A stretch of DNA of 64,000 nucleotides, taken from the NCBI RefSeq assembly GCF_009914755.1, contig NC_060932.1; one strand, written 5' to 3'. This DNA is from the human T2T-CHM13v2.0 reference genome, Homo sapiens. The position numbers and the translations under genes are program-made. Below the pieces are notes generated by a model that was given only the letters and a program-made list of their open reading frames with translations, did not search any database and was not told the DNA's origin. Positions 38,401 through 53,400 of the stretch are shown here, in pieces (the stretch's first letter is position 1; every line of letters begins with the position of its first letter).

Positions 38401-41400
38401 ATCTAGCCAGAAGCATTCTAAGAAACATCTTAGGGATGTTTACATTCAAGTCACAGAGTTGAACATTCCCTTTCACAGAGCAGGTTTGAAACAATCTTCT
38501 CGTACTATCTGGCAGTGGACATTTTGAGCTCCTTGGGGCCTATGCTGAAAAAGGAAATATCTTCCGACAAAAACTAGACAGAAGCATTCGCAGAATCACG
38601 TTTGTGATGTGTGCACTCAACTGTCAGAATTGAACCTTGGTTTGGACAGAGCACTTTTGAAACACTCTTTTTGTAGAATCTGCAGGTGGATATTTAGCTA
38701 GCTTTGAGGATTTCGTTGGAAACGGTAATGTCTTCAAAGAAAATCTAGACAGAAGCATTCTCAGAAACACCTTCGTGATGTTTGCAATCAAGTCACAGAG
38801 TTGAACCTTCCATTTCATAGAGCAGGTTGGAAACACTCTTTTTGTAGTATCTGGAAGTGGACATTTGGAGGGCTTTGTAGCCTATCTGGAAAAAGGAAAT
38901 ATCTTCCCATGAATGCGAGATAGAAGTAATCTCAGAAACATGTTTATGCTGTATCTACTCAACTAACTGTGCTGAACATTTCTATTGATAGAGCAGTTTT
39001 GAGACACTCTTCTTTTGGAATCTGCAAGTGGATATTTGGATAGATTTGAGGATTTCGTTGGAAACGGGATTATATATCAAAAGTAGACAGCAGCATTCTC
39101 AGAAACTTCTTTGTGATGTTTGCATCCAGCTCTCAGAGTTGAACATTCCCTTTCATAGAGTAGGTTTGAAACCCTCTTTTTATAGTGTCTGGAAGCGGGC
39201 ATTTGGAGCGCTTTCGGGCCTATGCTGAAAAAGGAAATATCTACCTATAGAAACTAGACAGAAGCATTCTGAGAATCACGTTTGTGATGTGGGTACTCAA
39301 CTAACAGTGTTGATCCATTCTTTTGATACAGCAGTTTTGAACCACACTTTTTGTAGAATCTGCAAGTGGATATTTGGATAGCTGTGAGGATTTCGTTGGA
39401 AACGGGAATGTCTTCATAGAAAATTTAGACAGAAGCATTCTCAGAACCTTGATTGTGAAGTGTGTTCTCCACTAACAGAGTTGAACCTTTCTTTTGACAG
39501 AACTGTTCTGAAACATTCTTTTTATAGAATCTGGAAGTGGATATTTGGAAAGCTTTGAGGATTTCGTTGGAAACGGGAATATCTTCAAATCAAATCTAGC
39601 CAGAAGCATTCTAAGAAACATCTTAGGGATGTTTACATTCAAGTCACAGAGTTGAACATTCCCTTTCACAGAGCAGGTTTGAAACAATCTTCTCGTACTA
39701 TCTGGCAGTGGACATTTTGAGCTCCTTGGGGCCTATGCTGAAAAAGGAAATATCTTCCGACAAAAACTAGACAGAAGCATTCGCAGAATCACGTTTGTGA
39801 TGTGTGCACTCAACTGTCAGAATTGAACCTTGGTTTGGACAGAGCACTTTTGAAACACTCTTTTTGTAGAATCTGCAGGTGGATATTTAGCTAGCTTTGA
39901 GGATTTCGTTGGAAACGGTAATGTCTTCAAAGAAAATCTAGACAGAAGCATTCTCAGAAACACCTTCGTGATGTTTGCAATCAAGTCACAGAGTTGAACC
40001 TTCCGTTTCATAGAGCAGGTTGGAAACACTCTTTTTGTAGTATCTGGAAGTGGACATTTGGAGGGCTTTGTAGCCTATGTGGAAAAAGGAAATATCTTCC
40101 CATGAATGCGAGATAGAAGTAATCTCAGAAACATGTTTATGCTGTATCTACTCAACTAACTGTGCTGAACATTTCTATTGATAGAGCAGTTTTGAGACAC
40201 TCTTCTTTTGGAATCTGCAAGTGGATATTTGGATAGATTTGAGGATTTCGTTGGAAACGGGATTATATATCAAAAGTAGACAGCAGCATTCTCAGAAACT
40301 TCTTTGTGATGTTTGCATCCAGCTCTCAGAGTTGAACATTCCCTTTCATAGAGTAGGTTTGAAACCCTCTTTTTATAGTGTCTGGAAGCGGGCATTTGGA
40401 GCGCTTTCGGGCCTATGCTGAAAAAGGAAATATCTACCTATAGAAACTAGACAGAAGCATTCTGAGAATCACGTTTGTGATGTGGGTACTCAACTAACAG
40501 TGTTGATCCATTCTTTTGATACAGCAGTTTTGAACCACACTTTTTGTAGAATCTGCAAGTGGATATTTGGATAGCTGTGAGGATTTCGTTGGAAACGGGA
40601 ATGTCTTCATAGAAAATTTAGACAGAAGCATTCTCAGAACCTTGATTGTGATGTGTGTTCTCCACTAACAGAGTTGAACCTTTCTTTTGACAGAACTGTT
40701 CTGAAACATTCTTGTTATAGAATCTGGAAGTGGATATTTGGAAAGCTTTGAGGATTTCGTTGGAAACGGGAATATCTTCAAATCAAATCTAGCCAGAAGC
40801 ATTCTAAGAAACATCTTAGGGATGTTTACATTCAAGTCACAGAGTTGAACATTCCCTTTCACAGAGCAGGTTTGAAACAATCTTCTCGTACTATCTGGCA
40901 GTGGACATTTTGAGCTCCTTGGGGCCTATGCTGAAAAAGGAAATATCTTCCGACAAAAACTAGACAGAAGCATTCGCAGAATCACGTTTGTGATGTGTGC
41001 ACTCAACTGTCAGAATTGAACCTTGGTTTGGACAGAGCACTTTTGAAACACTCTTTTTGTAGAATCTGCAGGTGGATATTTGGCTAGCTTTGAGGATTTC
41101 GTTGGAAACGGTAATGTCTTCAAAGAAAATCTAGACAGAAGCATTCTCAGAAACACCTTCGTGATGTTTGCAATCAAGTCACAGAGTTGAACCTTCCGTT
41201 TCATAGAGCAGGTTGGAAACACTCTTTTTGTAGTATCTGGAAGTGGACATTTGGAGGGCTTTGTAGCCTATCTGGAAAAAGGAAATATCTTCCCATGAAT
41301 GCGAGATAGAAGTAATCTCAGAAACATGTTTATGCTGTATCTACTCAACTAACTGTGCTGAACATTTCTATTGATAGAGCAGTTTTGAGACACTCTTCTT

Positions 41401-44400
41401 TTGGAATCTGCAAGTGGATATTTGGATAGATTTGAGGATTTCGTTGGAAACGGGATTATATATAAAAAGTAGACAGCAGCATTCTCAGAAACTTCTTTGT
41501 GATGTTTGCATCCAGCTCTCAGAGTTGAACATTCCCTTTCATAGAGTAGGTTTGAAACCCTCTTTTTATAGTGTCTGGAAGCGGGCATTTGGAGCGCTTT
41601 CAGGCCTATGCTGAAAAAGGAAATATCTACCTATAGAAACTAGACAGAAGCATTCTGAGAATCACGTTTGTGATGTGGGTACTCAACTAACAGTGTTGAT
41701 CCATTCTTTTGATACAGCAGTTTTGAACCACACTTTTTGTAGAATCTGCAAGTGGATATTTGGATAGCTGTGAGGATTTCGTTGGAAACGGGAATGTCTT
41801 CATAGAAAATTTAGACAGAAGCATTCTCAGAACCTTGATTGTGAAGTGTGTTCTCCACTAACAGAGTTGAACCTTTCTTTTGACAGAACTGTTCTGAAAC
41901 ATTCTTTTTATAGAATCTGGAAGTGGATATTTGGAAAGCTTTGAGGATTTCGTTGGAAACGGGAATATCTTCAAATCAAATCTAGCCAGAAGCATTCTAA
42001 GAAACATCTTAGGGATGTTTACATTCAAGTCACAGAGTTGAACATTCCCTTTCACAGAGCAGGTTTGAAACAATCTTCTCGTACTATCTGGCAGTGGACA
42101 TTTTGAGCTCCTTGGGGCCTATGCTGAAAAAGGAAATATCTTCCGACAAAAACTAGACAGAAGCATTCGCAGAATCACGTTTGTGATGTGTGCACTCAAC
42201 TGTCAGAATTGAACCTTGGTTTGGACAGAGCACTTTCGAAACACTCTTTTTGTAGAATCTGCAGGTGGATATTTGGCTAGCTTTGAGGATTTCGTTGGAA
42301 ACGGTAATGTCTTCAAAGAAAATCTAGACAGAAGCATTCTCAGAAACACCTTCGTGATGTTTGCAATCAAGTCACAGAGTTGAACCTTCCGTTTCATAGA
42401 GCAGGTTGGAAACACTCTTTTTGTAGTATCTGGAAGTGGACATTTGGAGGGCTTTGTAGCCTATCTGGAAAAAGGAAATATCTTCCCATGAATGCGAGAT
42501 AGAAGTAATCTCAGAAACATGTTTATGCTGTATCTACTCAACTAACTGTGCTGAACATTTCTATTGATAGAGCAGTTTTGAGACACTCTTCTTTTGGAAT
42601 CTGCAAGTGGATATTTGGATAGATTTGAGGATTTCGTTGGAAACGGGATTATATATAAAAAGTAGACAGCAGCATTCTCAGAAACTTCTTTGTGATGTTT
42701 GCATCCAGCTCTCAGAGTTGAACATTCCCTTTCATAGAGTAGGTTTGAAACCCTCTTTTTATAGTGTCTGGAAGCGGGCATTTGGAGCGCTTTCAGGCCT
42801 ATGCTGAAAAAGGAAATATCTACCTATAGAAACTAGACAGAAGCATTCTGAGAATCACGTTTGTGATGTGGGTACTCAACTAACAGTGTTGATCCATTCT
42901 TTTGATACAGCAGTTTTGAACCACACTTTTTGTAGAATCTGCAAGTGGATATTTGGATAGCTGTGAGGATTTCGTTGGAAACGGGAATGTCTTCATAGAA
43001 AATTTAGACAGAAGCATTCTCAGAACCTTGATTGTGATGTGTGTTCTCCACTAACAGAGTTGAACCTTTCTTTTGACAGAACTGTTCTGAAACATTCTTT
43101 TTATAGAATCTGGAAGTGGATATTTGGAAAGCTTTGAGGATTTCGTTGGAAACGGGAATATCTTCAAATAAAATCTAGCCAGAAGCATTCCAAGAAACAT
43201 CTTAGGGATGTTTACATTCAAGTCACAGAGTTGAACATTCCCTTTCACAGAGCAGGTTTGAAACAATCTTCTCGTACTATCTGGCAGTGGACATTTTGAG
43301 CTCCTTGGGGCCTATGCTGAAAAAGGAAATATCTTCCGACAAAAACTAGACAGAAGCATTCGCAGAATCACGTTTGTGATGTGTGCACTCAACTGTCAGA
43401 ATTGAACCTTGGTTTGGACAGAGCACTTTTGAAACACTCTTTTTGTAGAATCTGCAGGTGGATATTTAGCTAGCTTTGAGGATTTCGTTGGAAACGGTAA
43501 TGTCTTCAAAGAAAATCTAGACAGAAGCATTCTCAGAAACACCTTCGTGATGTTTGCAATCAAGTCACAGAGTTGAACCTTCCATTTCATAGAGCAGGTT
43601 GGAAACACTCTTTTTGTAGTATCTGGAAGTGGACATTTGGAGGGCTTTGTAGCCTATCTGGAAAAAGGAAATATCTTCCCATGAATGCGAGATAGAAGTA
43701 ATCTCAGAAACATGTTTATGCTATATCTACTCAACTAACTGTGCTGAACATTTCTATTGATAGAGCAGTTTTGAGACACTCTTCTTTTGGAATCTGCAAG
43801 TGGATATTTGGATAGATTTGAGGATTTCGTTGGAAACGGGATTATATATCAAAAGTAGACAGCAGCATTCTCAGAAACTTCTTTGTGATGTTTGCATCCA
43901 GCTCTCAGAGTTGAACATTCCCTTTCATAGAGTAGGTTTGAAACCCTCTTTTTATAGTGTCTGGAAGCGGGCATTTGGAGCGCTTTCGGGCCTATGCTGA
44001 AAAAGGAAATATCTACCTATAGAAACTAGACAGAAGCATTCTGAGAATCACGTTTGTGATGTGGGTACTCAACTAACAGTGTTGATCCATTCTTTTGATA
44101 CAGCAGTTTTGAACCACACTTTTTGTAGAATCTGCAAGTGGATATTTGGATAGCTGTGAGGATTTCGTTGGAAACGGGAATGTCTTCATAGAAAATTTAG
44201 ACAGAAGCATTCTCAGAACCTTGATTGTGATGTGTGTTCTCCACTAACAGAGTTGAACCTTTCTTTTGACAGAACTGTTATGAAACATTCTTTTTATAGA
44301 ATCTGGAAGTGGATATTTGGAAAGCTTTGAGGATTTCGTTGGAAACGGGAATATCTTCAAATCAAATCTAGCCAGAAGCATTCTAAGAAACATCTTAGGG

Positions 44401-47400
44401 ATGTTTACATTCAAGTCACAGAGTTGAACATTCCCTTTCACAGAGCAGGTTTGAAACAATCTTCTCGTACTATCTGGCAGTGGACATTTTGAGCTCCTTG
44501 GGGCCTATGCTGAAAAAGGAAATATCTTCCGACAAAAACTAGACAGAAGCATTCGCAGAATCACGTTTGTGATGTGTGCACTCAACTGTCAGAATTGAAC
44601 CTTGGTTTGGACAGAGCACTTTTGAAACACTCTTTTTGTAGAATCTGCAGGTGGATATTTGGCTAGCTTTGAGGATTTCGTTGGAAACGGTAATGTCTTC
44701 AAAGAAAATCTAGACAGAAGCATTCTCAGAAACACCTTCGTGATGTTTGCAATCAAGTCACAGAGTTGAACCTTCCGTTTCATAGAGCAGGTTGGAAACA
44801 CTCTTTTTGTAGTATCTGGAAGTGGACATTTGGAGGGCTTTGTAGCCTATGTGGAAAAAGGAAATATCTTCCCATGAATGCGAGATAGAAGTAATCTCAG
44901 AAACATGTTTATGCTGTATCTACTCAACTAACTGTGCTGAACATTTCTATTGATAGAGCAGTTTTGAGACACTCTTCTTTTGGAATCTGCAAGTGGATAT
45001 TTGGATAGATTTGAGGATTTCGTTGGAAACGGGATTATATATCAAAAGTAGACAGCAGCATTCTCAGAAACTTCTTTGTGATGTTTGCATCCAGCTCTCA
45101 GAGTTGAACATTCCCTTTCATAGAGTAGGTTTGAAACCCTCTTTTTATAGTGTCTGGAAGCGGGCATTTGGAGCGCTTTCAGGCCTATGCTGAAAAAGGA
45201 AATATCTACCTATAGAAACTAGACAGAAGCATTCTGAGAATCACGTTTGTGATGTGGGTACTCAACTAACAGTGTTGATCCATTCTTTTGATACAGCAGT
45301 TTTGAACCACACTTTTTGTAGAATCTGCAAGTGGATATTTGGATAGCTGTGAGGATTTCGTTGGAAACGGGAATGTCTTCATAGAAAATTTAGACAGAAG
45401 CATTCTCAGAACCTTGATTGTGATGTGTGTTCTCCACTAACAGAGTTGAACCTTTCTTTTGACAGAACTGTTCTGAAACATTCTTGTTATAGAATCTGGA
45501 AGTGGATATTTGGAAAGCTTTGAGGATTTCGTTGGAAACGGGAATATCTTCAAATCAAATCTAGCCAGAAGCATTCTAAGAAACATCTTAGGGATGTTTA
45601 CATTCAAGTCACAGAGTTGAACATTCCCTTTCACAGAGCAGGTTTGAAACAATCTTCTCGTACTATCTGGCAGTGGACATTTTGAGCTCCTTGGGGCCTA
45701 TGCTGAAAAAGGAAATATCTTCCGACAAAAACTAGACAGAAGCATTCGCAGAATCACGTTTGTGATGTGTGCACTCAACTGTCAGAATTGAACCTTGGTT
45801 TGGACAGAGCACTTTTGAAACACTCTTTTTGTAGAATCTGCAGGTGGATATTTGGCTAGCTTTGAGGATTTCGTTGGAAACGGTAATGTCTTCAAAGAAA
45901 ATCTAGACAGAAGCATTCTCAGAAACACCTTCGTGATGTTTGCAATCAAGTCACAGAGTTGAACCTTCCGTTTCATAGAGCAGGTTGGAAACACTCTTTT
46001 TGTAGTATCTGGAAGTGGACATTTGGAGGGCTTTGTAGCCTATCTGGAAAAAGGAAATATCTTCCCATGAATGCGAGATAGAAGTAATCTCAGAAACATG
46101 TTTATGCTGTATCTACTCAACTAACTGTGCTGAACATTTCTATTGATAGAGCAGTTTTGAGACACTCTTCTTTTGGAATCTGCAAGTGGATATTTGGATA
46201 GATTTGAGGATTTCGTTGGAAACGGGATTATATATAAAAAGTAGACAGCAGCATTCTCAGAAACTTCTTTGTGATGTTTGCATCCAGCTCTCAGAGTTGA
46301 ACATTCCCTTTCATAGAGTAGGTTTGAAACCCTCTTTTTATAGTGTCTGGAAGCGGGCATTTGGAGCGCTTTCAGGCCTATGCTGAATAAGGAAATATCT
46401 ACCTATAGAAACTAGACAGAAGCATTCTGAGAATCACGTTTGTGATGTGGGTACTCAACTAACAGTGTTGATCCATTCTTTTGATACAGCAGTTTTGAAC
46501 CACACTTTTTGTAGAATCTGCAAGTGGATATTTGGATAGCTGTGAGGATTTCGTTGGAAACGGGAATGTCTTCATAGAAAATTTAGACAGAAGCATTCTC
46601 AGAACCTTGATTGTGATGTGTGTTCTCCACTAACAGAGTTGAACCTTTCTTTTGACAGAACTGTTCTGAAACATTCTTGTTATAGAATCTGGAAGTGGAT
46701 ATTTGGAAAGCTTTGAGGATTTCGTTGGAAACGGGAATATCTTCAAATAAAATCTAGCCAGAAGCATTCCAAGAAACATCTTAGGGATGTTTACATTCAA
46801 GTCACAGAGTTGAACATTCCCTTTCACAGAGCAGGTTTGAAACAATCTTCTCGTACTATCTGGCAGTGGACATTTTGAGCTCCTTGGGGCCTATGCTGAA
46901 AAAGGAAATATCTTCCGACAAAAACTAGACAGAAGCATTCGCAGAATCACGTTTGTGATGTGTGCACTCAACTGTCAGAATTGAACCTTGGTTTGGACAG
47001 AGCACTTTTGAAACACTCTTTTTGTAGAATCTGCAGGTGGATATTTAGCTAGCTTTGAGGATTTCGTTGGAAACGGTAATGTCTTCAAAGAAAATCTAGA
47101 CAGAAGCATTCTCAGAAACACCTTCGTGATGTTTGCAATCAAGTCACAGAGTTGAACCTTCCATTTCATAGAGCAGGTTGGAAACACTCTTTTTGTAGTA
47201 TCTGGAAGTGGACATTTGGAGGGCTTTGTAGCCTATCTGGAAAAAGGAAATATCTTCCCATGAATGCGAGATAGAAGTAATCTCAGAAACATGTTTATGC
47301 TGTATCTACTCAACTAACTGTGCTGAACATTTCTATTGATAGAGCAGTTTTGAGACACTCTTCTTTTGGAATCTGCAAGTGGATATTTGGATAGATTTGA

Positions 47401-50400
47401 GGATTTCGTTGGAAACGGGATTATATATAAAAAGTAGACAGCAGCATTCTCAGAAACTTCTTTGTGATGTTTGCATCCAGCTCTCAGAGTTGAACATTCC
47501 CTTTCATAGAGTAGGTTTGAAACCCTCTTTTTATAGTGTCTGGAAGCGGGCATTTGGAGCGCTTTCGGGCCTATGCTGAAAAAGGAAATATCTACCTATA
47601 GAAACTAGACAGAAGCATTCTGAGAATCACGTTTGTGATGTGGGTACTCAACTAACAGTGTTGATCCATTCTTTTGATACAGCAGTTTTGAACCACACTT
47701 TTTGTAGAATCTGCAAGTGGATATTTGGATAGCTGTGAGGATTTCGTTGGAAACGGGAATGTCTTCATAGAAAATTTAGACGGAAGCATTCTCAGAACCT
47801 TGATTGTGATGTGTGTTCTCCACTAACAGAGTTGAACCTTTCTTTTGACAGAACTGTTCTGAAACATTCTTTTTATAGAATCTGGAAGTGGATATTTGGA
47901 AAGCTTTGAGGATTTCGTTGGAAACGGGAATATCTTCAAATCAAATCTAGCCAGAAGCATTCTAAGAAACATATTAGGGATGTTTACATTCAAGTCACAG
48001 AGTTGAACATTCCCTTTCACAGAGCAGGTTTGAAACAATCTTCTCGTACTATCTGGCAGTGGACATTTTGAGCTCCTTGGGGCCTATGCTGAAAAAGGAA
48101 ATATCTTCCGACAAAAACTAGACAGAAGCATTCGCAGAATCACGTTTGTGATGTGTGCACTCAACTGTCAGAATTGAACCTTGGTTTGGACAGAGCACTT
48201 TTGAAACACTCTTTTTGTAGAATCTGCAGGTGGATATTTGGCTAGCTTTGAGGATTTCGTTGGAAACGGTAATGTCTTCAAAGAAAATCTAGACAGAAGC
48301 ATTCTCAGAAACACCTTCGTGATGTTTGCAATCAAGTCACAGAGTTGAACCTTCCGTTTCATAGAGCAGGTTGGAAACACTCTTTGTAGTATCTGGAAGT
48401 GGACATTTGGAGGGCTTTGTAGCCTATCTGGAAAAAGGAAATATCTTCCCATGAATGCGAGATAGAAGTAATCTCAGAAACATGTTTATGCTGTATCTAC
48501 TCAACTAACTGTGCTGAACATTTCTATTGATAGAGCAGTTTTGAGACACTCTTCTTTTGGAATCTGCAAGTGGATATTTGGATAGATTTGAGGATTTCGT
48601 TGGAAACGGGATTATATATCAAAAGTAGACAGCAGCATTCTCAGAAACTTCTTTGTGATGTTTGCATCCAGCTCTCAGAGTTGAACATTCCCTTTCATAG
48701 AGTAGGTTTGAAACCCTCTTTTTATAGTGTCTGGAAGCGGGCATTTGGAGCGCTTTCAGGCCTATGCTGAAAAAGGAAATATCTACCTATAGAAACTAGA
48801 CAGAAGCATTCTGAGAATCACGTTTGTGATGTGGGTACTCAACTAACAGTGTTGATCCATTCTTTTGATACAGCAGTTTTGAACCACACTTTTTGTAGAA
48901 TCTGCAAGTGGATATTTGGATAGCTGTGAGGATTTCGTTGGAAACGGGAATGTCTTCATAGAAAATTTAGACAGAAGCATTCTCAGAACCTTGATTGTGA
49001 TGTGTGTTCTCCACTAACAGAGTTGAACCTTTCTTTTGACAGAACTGTTCTGAAACATTCTTTTTATAGAATCTGGAAGTGGATATTTGGAAAGCTTTGA
49101 GGATTTCGTTGGAAACGGGAATATCTTCAAATAAAATCTAGCCAGAAGCATTCTAAGAAACATCTTAGGGATGTTTACATTCAAGTCACAGAGTTGAACA
49201 TTCCCTTTCACAGAGCAGGTTTGAAACAATCTTCTCGTACTATCTGGCAGTGGACATTTTGAGCTCCTTGGGGCCTATGCTGAAAAAGGAAATATCTTCC
49301 GACAAAAACTAGACAGAAGCATTCGCAGAATCACGTTTGTGATGTGTGCACTCAACTGTCAGAATTGAACCTTGGTTTGGACAGAGCACTTTTGAAACAC
49401 TCTTTTTGTAGAATCTGCAGGTGGATATTTGGCTAGCTTTGAGGATTTCGTTGGAAACGGTAATGTCTTCAAAGAAAATCTAGACAGAAGCATTCTCAGA
49501 AACACCTTCGTGATGTTTGCAATCAAGTCACAGAGTTGAAACTTCCGTTTCATAGAGCAGGTTGGAAACACTCTTTTTGTAGTATCTGGAAGTGGACATT
49601 TGGAGGGCTTTGTAGCCTATCTGGAAAAAGGAAATATCTTCCCATGAATGCGAGATAGAAGTAATCTCAGAAACATGTTTATGCTGTATCTACTCAACTA
49701 ACTGTGCTGAACATTTCTATTGATAGAGCAGTTTTGAGACACTCTTCTTTTGGAATCTGCAAGTGGATATTTGGATAGATTTGAGGATTTCGTTGGAAAC
49801 GGGATTATATATCAAAAGTAGACAGCAGCATTCTCAGAAACTTCTTTGTGATGTTTGCATCCAGCTCTCAGAGTTGAACATTCCCTTTCATAGAGTAGGT
49901 TTGAAACCCTCTTTTTATAGTGTCTGGAAGCGGGCATTTGGAGCGCTTTCAGGCCTATGCTGAAAAAGGAAATATCTACCTATGGAAACTAGACAGAAGC
50001 ATTCTGAGAATCACGTTTGTGATGTGGGTACTCAACTAACAGTGTTGATCCATTCTTTTGATACAGCAGTTTTGAACCACACTTTTTGTAGAATCTGCAA
50101 GTGGATATTTGGATAGCTGTGAGGATTTCGTTGGAAACGGGAATGTCTTCATAGAAAATTTAGACAGAAGCATTCTCAGAACCTTGATTGTGATGTGTGT
50201 TCTCCACTAACAGAGTTGAACCTTTCTTTTGACAGAACTGTTCTGAAACATTCTTTTTATAGAATCTGGAAGTGGATATTTGGAAAGCTTTGAGGATTTC
50301 GTTGGAAACGGGAATATCTTCAAATCAAATCTAGCCAGAAGCATTCTAAGAAACATCTTAGGGATGTTTACATTCAAGTCACAGAGTTGAACATTCCCTT

Positions 50401-53400
50401 TCACAGAGCAGGTTTGAAACAATCTTCTCGTACTATCTGGCAGTGGACATTTTGAGCTCCTTGGGGCCTATGCTGAAAAAGGAAATATCTTCCGACAAAA
50501 ACTAGACAGAAGCATTCGCAGAATCACGTTTGTGATGTGTGCACTCAACTGTCAGAATTGAACCTTGGTTTGGACAGAGCACTTTTGAAACACTCTTTTT
50601 GTAGAATCTGCAGGTGGATATTTGGCTAGCTTTGAGGATTTCGTTGGAAACGGTAATGTCTTCAAAGAAAATCTAGACAGAAGCATTCTCAGAAACACCT
50701 TCGTGATGTTTGCAATCAAGTCACAGAGTTGAACCTTCCGTTTCATAGAGCAGGTTGGAAACACTCTTTTTGTAGTATCTGGAAGTGGACATTTGGAGGG
50801 CTTTGTAGCCTATGTGGAAAAAGGAAATATCTTCCCATGAATGCGAGATAGAAGTAATCTCAGAAACATGTTTATGCTGTATCTACTCAACTAACTGTGC
50901 TGAACATTTCTATTGATAGAGCAGTTTTGAGACACTCTTCTTTTGGAATCTGCAAGTGGATATTTGGATAGATTTGAGGATTTCGTTGGAAACGGGATTA
51001 TATATCAAAAGTAGACAGCAGCATTCTCAGAAACTTCTTTGTGATGTTTGCATCCAGCTCTCAGAGTTGAACATTCCCTTTCATAGAGTAGGTTTGAAAC
51101 CCTCTTTTTATAGTGTCTGGAAGCGGGCATTTGGAGCGCTTTCAGGCCTATGCTGAAAAAGGAAATATCTACCTATAGAAACTAGACAGAAGCATTCTGA
51201 GAATCACGTTTGTGATGTGGGTACTCAACTAACAGTGTTGATCCATTCTTTTGATACAGCAGTTTTGAACCACACTTTTTGTAGAATCTGCAAGTGGATA
51301 TTTGGATAGCTGTGAGGATTTCGTTGGAAACGGGAATGTCTTCATAGAAAATTTAGACAGAAGCATTCTCAGAACCTTGATTGTGATGTGTGTTCTCCAC
51401 TAACAGAGTTGAACCTTTCTTTTGACAGAACTGTTCTGAAACATTCTTTTTATAGAATCTGGAAGTGGATATTTGGAAAGCTTTGAGGATTTCGTTGGAA
51501 ACGGGAATATCTTCAAATCAAATCTAGCCAGAAGCATTCTAAGAAACATCTTAGGGATGTTTACATTCAAGTCACAGAGTTGAACATTCCCTTTCACAGA
51601 GCAGGTTTGAAACAATCTTCTCGTACTATCTGGCAGTGGACATTTTGAGCTCCTTGGGGCCTATGCTGAAAAAGGAAATATCTTCCGACAAAAACTAGAC
51701 AGAAGCATTCGCAGAATCACGTTTGTGATGTGTGCACTCAACTGTCAGAATTGAACCTTGGTTTGGACAGAGCACTTTTGAAACACTCTTTTTGTAGAAT
51801 CTGCAGGTGGATATTTGGCTAGCTTTGAGGATTTCGTTGGAAACGGTAATGTCTTCAAAGAAAATCTAGACAGAAGCATTCTCAGAAACACCTTCGTGAT
51901 GTTTGCAATCAAGTCACAGAGTTGAACCTTCCGTTTCATAGAGCAGGTTGGAAACACTCTTTTTGTAGTATCTGGAAGTGGACATTTGGAGGGCTTTGTA
52001 GCCTATGTGGAAAAAGGAAATATCTTCCCATGAATGCGAGATAGAAGTAATCTCAGAAACATGTTTATGCTGTATCTACTCAACTAACTGTGCTGAACAT
52101 TTCTATTGATAGAGCAGTTTTGAGACACTCTTCTTTTGGAATCTGCAAGTGGATATTTGGATAGATTTGAGGATTTCGTTGGAAACGGGATTATATATCA
52201 AAAGTAGACAGCAGCATTCTCAGAAACTTCTTTGTGATGTTTGCATCCAGCTCTCAGAGTTGAACATTCCCTTTCATAGAGTAGGTTTGAAACCCTCTTT
52301 TTATAGTGTCTGGAAGCGGGCATTTGGAGCGCTTTCAGGCCTATGCTGAAAAAGGAAATATCTACCTATAGAAACTAGACAGAAGCATTCTGAGAATCAC
52401 GTTTGTGATGTGGGTACTCAACTAACAGTGTTGATCCATTCTTTTGATACAGCAGTTTTGAACCACACTTTTTGTAGAATCTGCAAGTGGATATTTGGAT
52501 AGCTGTGAGGATTTCGTTGGAAACGGGAATGTCTTCATAGAAAATTTAGACAGAAGCATTCTCAGAACCTTGATTGTGATGTGTGTTCTCCACTAACAGA
52601 GTTGAACCTTTCTTTTGACAGAACTGTTCTGAAACATTCTTTTTATAGAATCTGGAAGTGGATATTTGGAAAGCTTTGAGGATTTCGTTGGAAACGGGAA
52701 TATCTTCAAATCAAATCTAGCCAGAAGCATTCTAAGAAACATCTTAGGGATGTTTACATTCAAGTCACAGAGTTGAACATTCCCTTTCACAGAGCAGGTT
52801 TGAAACAATCTTCTCGTACTATCTGGCAGTGGACATTTTGAGCTCCTTGGGGCCTATGCTGAAAAAGGAAATATCTTCCGACAAAAACTAGACAGAAGCA
52901 TTCGCAGAATCACGTTTGTGATGTGTGCACTCAACTGTCAGAATTGAACCTTGGTTTGGACAGAGCACTTTTGAAACACTCTTTTTGTAGAATCTGCAGG
53001 TGGATATTTGGCTAGCTTTGAGGATTTCGTTGGAAACGGTAATGTCTTCAAAGAAAATCTAGACAGAAGCATTCTCAGAAACACCTTCGTGATGTTTGCA
53101 ATCAAGTCACAGAGTTGAACCTTCCGTTTCATAGAGCAGGTTGGAAACACTCTTTGTAGTATCTGGAAGTGGACATTTGGAGGGCTTTGTAGCCTATCTG
53201 GAAAAAGGAAATATCTTCCCATGAATGCGAGATAGAAGTAATCTCAGAAACATGTTTATGCTGTATCTACTCAACTAACTGTGCTGAACATTTCTGTTGA
53301 TAGAGCAGTTTTGAGACACTCTTCTTTTGGAATCTGCAAGTGGATATTTGGATAGATTTGAGGATTTCGTTGGAAACGGGATTATATATCAAAAGTAGAC

